Shown here one piece after another: positions 60,869 to 64,000 of a stretch of 64,000 nucleotides of DNA. Numbering within the stretch: the stretch's first letter is position 1; each line of letters starts with the position of its first letter. The stretch is from positions 4,512,001-4,576,000 of the forward strand of contig OZ271854.1 in the NCBI GenBank assembly GCA_965601925.1, given 5' to 3'. The stretch is from Alkalispirochaeta sp. GTDB lineage: Bacteria > Spirochaetota > Spirochaetia > DSM-27196 > Alkalispirochaetaceae. Below the pieces are notes generated by a model. That model did no database searches. It worked only from the letters and a program-made list of their open reading frames with translations, and had not been told where the DNA came from. The position numbers were made by a program, and so were the translations under genes.

Positions 60869-63732
60869 CGGGAGCTCTCCATGATGCGTTGGGCGCGATC
60901 GGCCCAGATCGTATCGCCGTAGCGCTCCCGCAGTTCGCCGATCGCCCTCTCGGCGGTCGTCGAATCGCCCTCTTCTCTCGCGAGTACGGCGAGTTCGAAG
61001 AGGCTCCGAGCGCGCAACTCGTCGGGAGCTCCGGCGACCGCGGCGGCGGCGATGTACCGCTCTATCGCGGAGCGCGTCTCACCGCGACGGCGGTAGTACT
61101 CGGCCAACAGGAACGTCGCCTCGGCCGCCTCGGGTCCGTCGAATCGGGCGGCGTCGAGGAGAAAGTCGATGATGCGCGTGCGCTGGGCGGTGAGGGTAAT
61201 CTGCTCGCGGATGGCGATACGCCCCAACTCGAGCACCAGTTCGAACCAGAGCTCGCCGCCCTGCACGGGCCCTTGGCCGGGACCGGGCTGCAACCGCACC
61301 CACAGTTCCGCCTCACGCGCGCTCAACCCGTCGAGCTCGAGACGAATCGTCCGACGTAGGCGTTCGGCCTCCCGAGCGCGCCGACTATCGGGATACGCCG
61401 CGGTGAGACGATCGTAGAGTTCGAGCGCCTGGCGCCGTTGCCCTCGATCCACGTAGATGCCCGCGGCGAGAAAGAGCGTCTCCGGGGTGAAGCTGCTGCG
61501 AGGAAATTCGTTGACCAGCGGCTCCCACCACAACAACGCGCGCCCCGGCTCTTCCAACTCGTAGGATGTCGCGCCGGCCCAGTAGAGAGCGCGATCGATC
61601 TCCTCTCCACGGGGATATCGGCTCTGGTAGGTGCGAAATCGCTCGCGCGCCTCTCGATATCGCTCTACTCCGACTAAGATTTCTCCGGCTTCCAACAATG
61701 CGAGTCGACCCGCCTCGGTCTCCGGAAGTCGGCCGGCGAGTTCGTCGTACTCCAGTATCGCCTCGTTAACTCTTCCCAGCGCGGCGAGTGTCGCGGCGAG
61801 CAAACTCAAGAACTCGCCCCGACGCCGATCATCGAGCGCATTATCGGCGAGTATTCGATACTGCACGAGAGCGTCCTCGGCGTTTCCCGCCTCCAGATAG
61901 ACCGTCGCGAGGAGACGTCGCACGCGGTCTTCTTCGGGCGCATCGAGCGCATCGCCCAACAGTTGCAACAAACGGTCGGCCGCCCGGGCCACATCGCCCC
62001 CCTGATAGAGCGTCCACGCGTACAAGTAGGTGCCGTCGAACCGTAACGCCGGGGGCAGGTTATCGACGACGGCGGCGATCGTATCACGAGCCGCTCGGGC
62101 CTCGCCGAGGCGGTAGAGGCTCCACGCCAGATGGTACGATCTGAACGGCTCGTACCGGCTATCGGTGACGGAGCGGAGCGACGCGACGGCGGTCTCAAAC
62201 GCCCCTTCGTGAAAGTCGGCAAGTCCTCGTAGATACACTAACTCTTCGCGCATGACCGCATCGAGCGCGGAGGAGTCGATACGATCTACCTCCTGAGAGG
62301 CGGAGGCGAACTGCGCCGCTCCCACGAGGGCGCGCACCAACTCGACCCGTGCACGGTCGTCGTCGGGGCGTTCGGCGAGGTAGGTGCGATACGTCCTCAC
62401 CGCCGCAATGGCGTCGCCGCGCTCCAAAAAGAGTCTGGCACGCAGGAGCGCCAGGGCGGGACGCTCTCTAATCAGTGCTTGAGATTCGTCACGCTCGAGG
62501 CGCGCCTCCACGCGTTCGCGCTCACCGGCGCGGTACAGAGCGAATCCCCAGATGTACAGGGCCGCGCTATCGGTTTCCAGCTCATCACGGCCCTCCAGGA
62601 GCGCCGCAGCCTCGGCAAACCGCCCGTCGGCGATGAGGAGGCGCCCTGCAGCGACCCGCCTCTCCGACCCAAAATCGCTCTCCACCGCCGTGTCTTCCAA
62701 CGAGTCCAGGAGTAACCGCAGCGCCTCGCCCTCTCTCCCTTGGCGTTCCATCGATCGGGCGAGGAGAAACGGCGCCGCCCCCGAGATCATACGCTGCCTT
62801 CTTACGTCCCAGACTCGCGAGAGGTAGAGCTCGGCAAGCTCGTCGCGGCCGGAATCGAACGCATCGGCGCCCAAGGAGTACCAAAAATCGGCCAACCGCT
62901 CCGGTTCGCTCGCCAAACGCCGCTCGGCGGCGCGGAACACGGTCTGCATTTCCTCGCGATCCTGTCGATCTTGCGCGATTGCGTAGAGTCGGCGATACGC
63001 CCACTGGGCGCTTGCAAGCGAATAGTCGACGAGTCGTCGATACAGGGTGACGGCGCGCTCGATATCGTCGAGTTCATACGCTGCGTCGGCGGCGTAGCGC
63101 ACCTGCGCCTCCTCATACGATCCCGCTTCGTCGTCGGACGATGCCCATCGGTCGTAGAGAGTGAGCGTGTCGGCGTGGGATCCCCGCTCGGAATAGATCT
63201 CCATAAGAACCGTCACCGCGTATGAGCGCTCCACCCCCTCGGTCGTCCCCGTCGCGGTAACGAGGTCCTCGATAGCGGCGATTGTCCGGCCCAGCTCCTG
63301 CCGCGCCAAGCCTCGGTAGAGGAATGCGCGTCCTTCGGGAGAGGGCTCCTCGACGAGGTAGCGCGTAAGCGCATCATCCGCCCGCTGGTAGCCGCCTAAC
63401 TGAAACTCCGTCAACCCGATCCATAAGCGAATGGCACGAGAGAGCGCTCCGCCCCTGGCTCGCGCAGCGGTGCGCTGGAGTCGTTCCAGGGCGGCGGGAT
63501 ACTCCTCGAGATAAAATCGGCTCTGGGCAATGCGAAACTGGGCGCGTGTGCCGTACTCCGACCCTGGGTGGTCTTGAAGCAGGCGCTCGAACCGGTCTAT
63601 CGCCAGAACATAATTACCGGCCGCAAATCGTCGCTCTCCCTCGTCAAAGAGATCGCGATCCGATCCAATTACCGCGAGTACCGGGAACAGAAACAGCATC
63701 GCCCCCAGCCACCCCATCAGTCTCCGACTCAT
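60865..63732 (-). CDS. Large exported TPR protein (BamD/CpoB-like repeats)
   Basis: Signal peptide; many TPRs with (H/Y/F)PxS turns; ATGA overlap with the barrel gene. Confidence 0.85.
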   Translation of the reverse strand: MSRRLMGWLGAMLFLFPVLAVIGSDRDLFDEGERRFAAGNYVLAIDRFERLLQDHPGSEYGTRAQFRIAQSRFYLEEYPAALERLQRTAARARGGALSRAIRLWIGLTEFQLGGYQRADDALTRYLVEEPSPEGRAFLYRGLARQELGRTIAAIEDLVTATGTTEGVERSYAVTVLMEIYSERGSHADTLTLYDRWASSDDEAGSYEEAQVRYAADAAYELDDIERAVTLYRRLVDYSLASAQWAYRRLYAIAQDRQDREEMQTVFRAAERRLASEPERLADFWYSLGADAFDSGRDELAELYLSRVWDVRRQRMISGAAPFLLARSMERQGREGEALRLLLDSLEDTAVESDFGSERRVAAGRLLIADGRFAEAAALLEGRDELETDSAALYIWGFALYRAGERERVEARLERDESQALIRERPALALLRARLFLERGDAIAAVRTYRTYLAERPDDDRARVELVRALVGAAQFASASQEVDRIDSSALDAVMREELVYLRGLADFHEGAFETAVASLRSVTDSRYEPFRSYHLAWSLYRLGEARAARDTIAAVVDNLPPALRFDGTYLYAWTLYQGGDVARAADRLLQLLGDALDAPEEDRVRRLLATVYLEAGNAEDALVQYRILADNALDDRRRGEFLSLLAATLAALGRVNEAILEYDELAGRLPETEAGRLALLEAGEILVGVERYREARERFRTYQSRYPRGEEIDRALYWAGATSYELEEPGRALLWWEPLVNEFPRSSFTPETLFLAAGIYVDRGQRRQALELYDRLTAAYPDSRRAREAERLRRTIRLELDGLSAREAELWVRLQPGPGQGPVQGGELWFELVLELGRIAIREQITLTAQRTRIIDFLLDAARFDGPEAAEATFLLAEYYRRRGETRSAIERYIAAAAVAGAPDELRARSLFELAVLAREEGDSTTAERAIGELRERYGDTIWADRAQRIMESSR

Positions 63733-63739
63733 AGGGCGG

Positions 63740-63768
63740 AGTCTATCTCACGGCAAAAACAGATTCAA
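63740..63768 (-). promoter_or_regulatory. Sigma70 promoter of the TPR-barrel-exbBD-tonB operon (leaderless geometry)
   Basis: TTGAAT-17-TAGACT, 7 nt before ATG, no SD. Confidence 0.6.
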
Positions 63769-63775
63769 TCCACAG

Positions 63776-63808
63776 GCATTTTCAAAAATCGACGATTTTT
63801 GAAAATGC
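63776..63808. repeat. Perfect inverted repeat 1 (16-bp arms)
   Basis: GCATTTTCAAAAATCG-A-CGATTTTTGAAAATGC. Confidence 0.95.
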
Positions 63809-63819
63809 GAGGACTTTTA

Positions 63820-63858
63820 GAAATCATAATTATATACTGTATATATAATTATGATTTC
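63820..63858. repeat. Perfect inverted repeat 2 (17-bp arms)
   Basis: GAAATCATAATTATATA-CTGTA-TATATAATTATGATTTC. Confidence 0.95.
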
Positions 63859-63868
63859 GACCCGATAT

Positions 63869-63905
63869 TGAGGCTCTTGCAAAATTGCATTTTGCAAGAG
63901 CCTCA
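63869..63905. repeat. Perfect inverted repeat 3 (17-bp arms)
   Basis: TGAGGCTCTTGCAAAAT-TGC-ATTTTGCAAGAGCCTCA. Confidence 0.95.
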
Positions 63906-64000
63906 CGCATTTGCATCAAAAACCGGCGTTCTCGGCACGAAATCGGGGAGGTTCGAAGCGTTCGTCGGCTCGCACGCGGACCAGATGAATGAAATCGCCC

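Noticed and set aside
63835..63854. LexA box or dif site within palindrome 2 (TACTGTATATATAATTATGA)
   Set aside because: Only the left CTGT half of the SOS box matches (no ACAG), and there is no TTATGTTAAAT XerD arm.
63946..63963. GGTTCGAA resembling a tRNA T-loop
   Set aside because: T-stem does not pair properly and no acceptor, D or anticodon arms can be built.

Overview
High-GC spirochaete chromosomal window (Spirochaetaceae-like; inferred from the Hbb-type HU next to rpsT, the rho/L31/bactofilin block, gltX-glyQS-tyrS and a giant spirochaete coiled-coil protein). It is densely packed with about 54 mostly housekeeping CDSs: hslO, rRNA methyltransferases, rex, three aminoacyl-tRNA synthetases, alaA, clpS-clpA-aat, surE, two lnt, rho, rpmE2, rpsT, ABC exporters and grpE-dnaK-dnaJ. 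I found no rRNA, tRNA, CRISPR array, transposase or integrase. The most notable observations are: (1) three consecutive, different 16-17-bp-arm perfect palindromes in an AT-rich patch right upstream of (2) a TPR / apparently plug-less beta-barrel / ExbB / ExbD / TonB operon; (3) an AlgF-AlgI-AlgJ O-acetylation operon with no polymer synthase, divergent from two secreted lipase-like paralogues; (4) a response regulator / stand-alone cyclase-tail TPR / bactofilin mini-operon; (5) a possible two-state RNA leader; and (6) several apparently leaderless promoters. All product calls come from motif recognition by eye, not from database searches.
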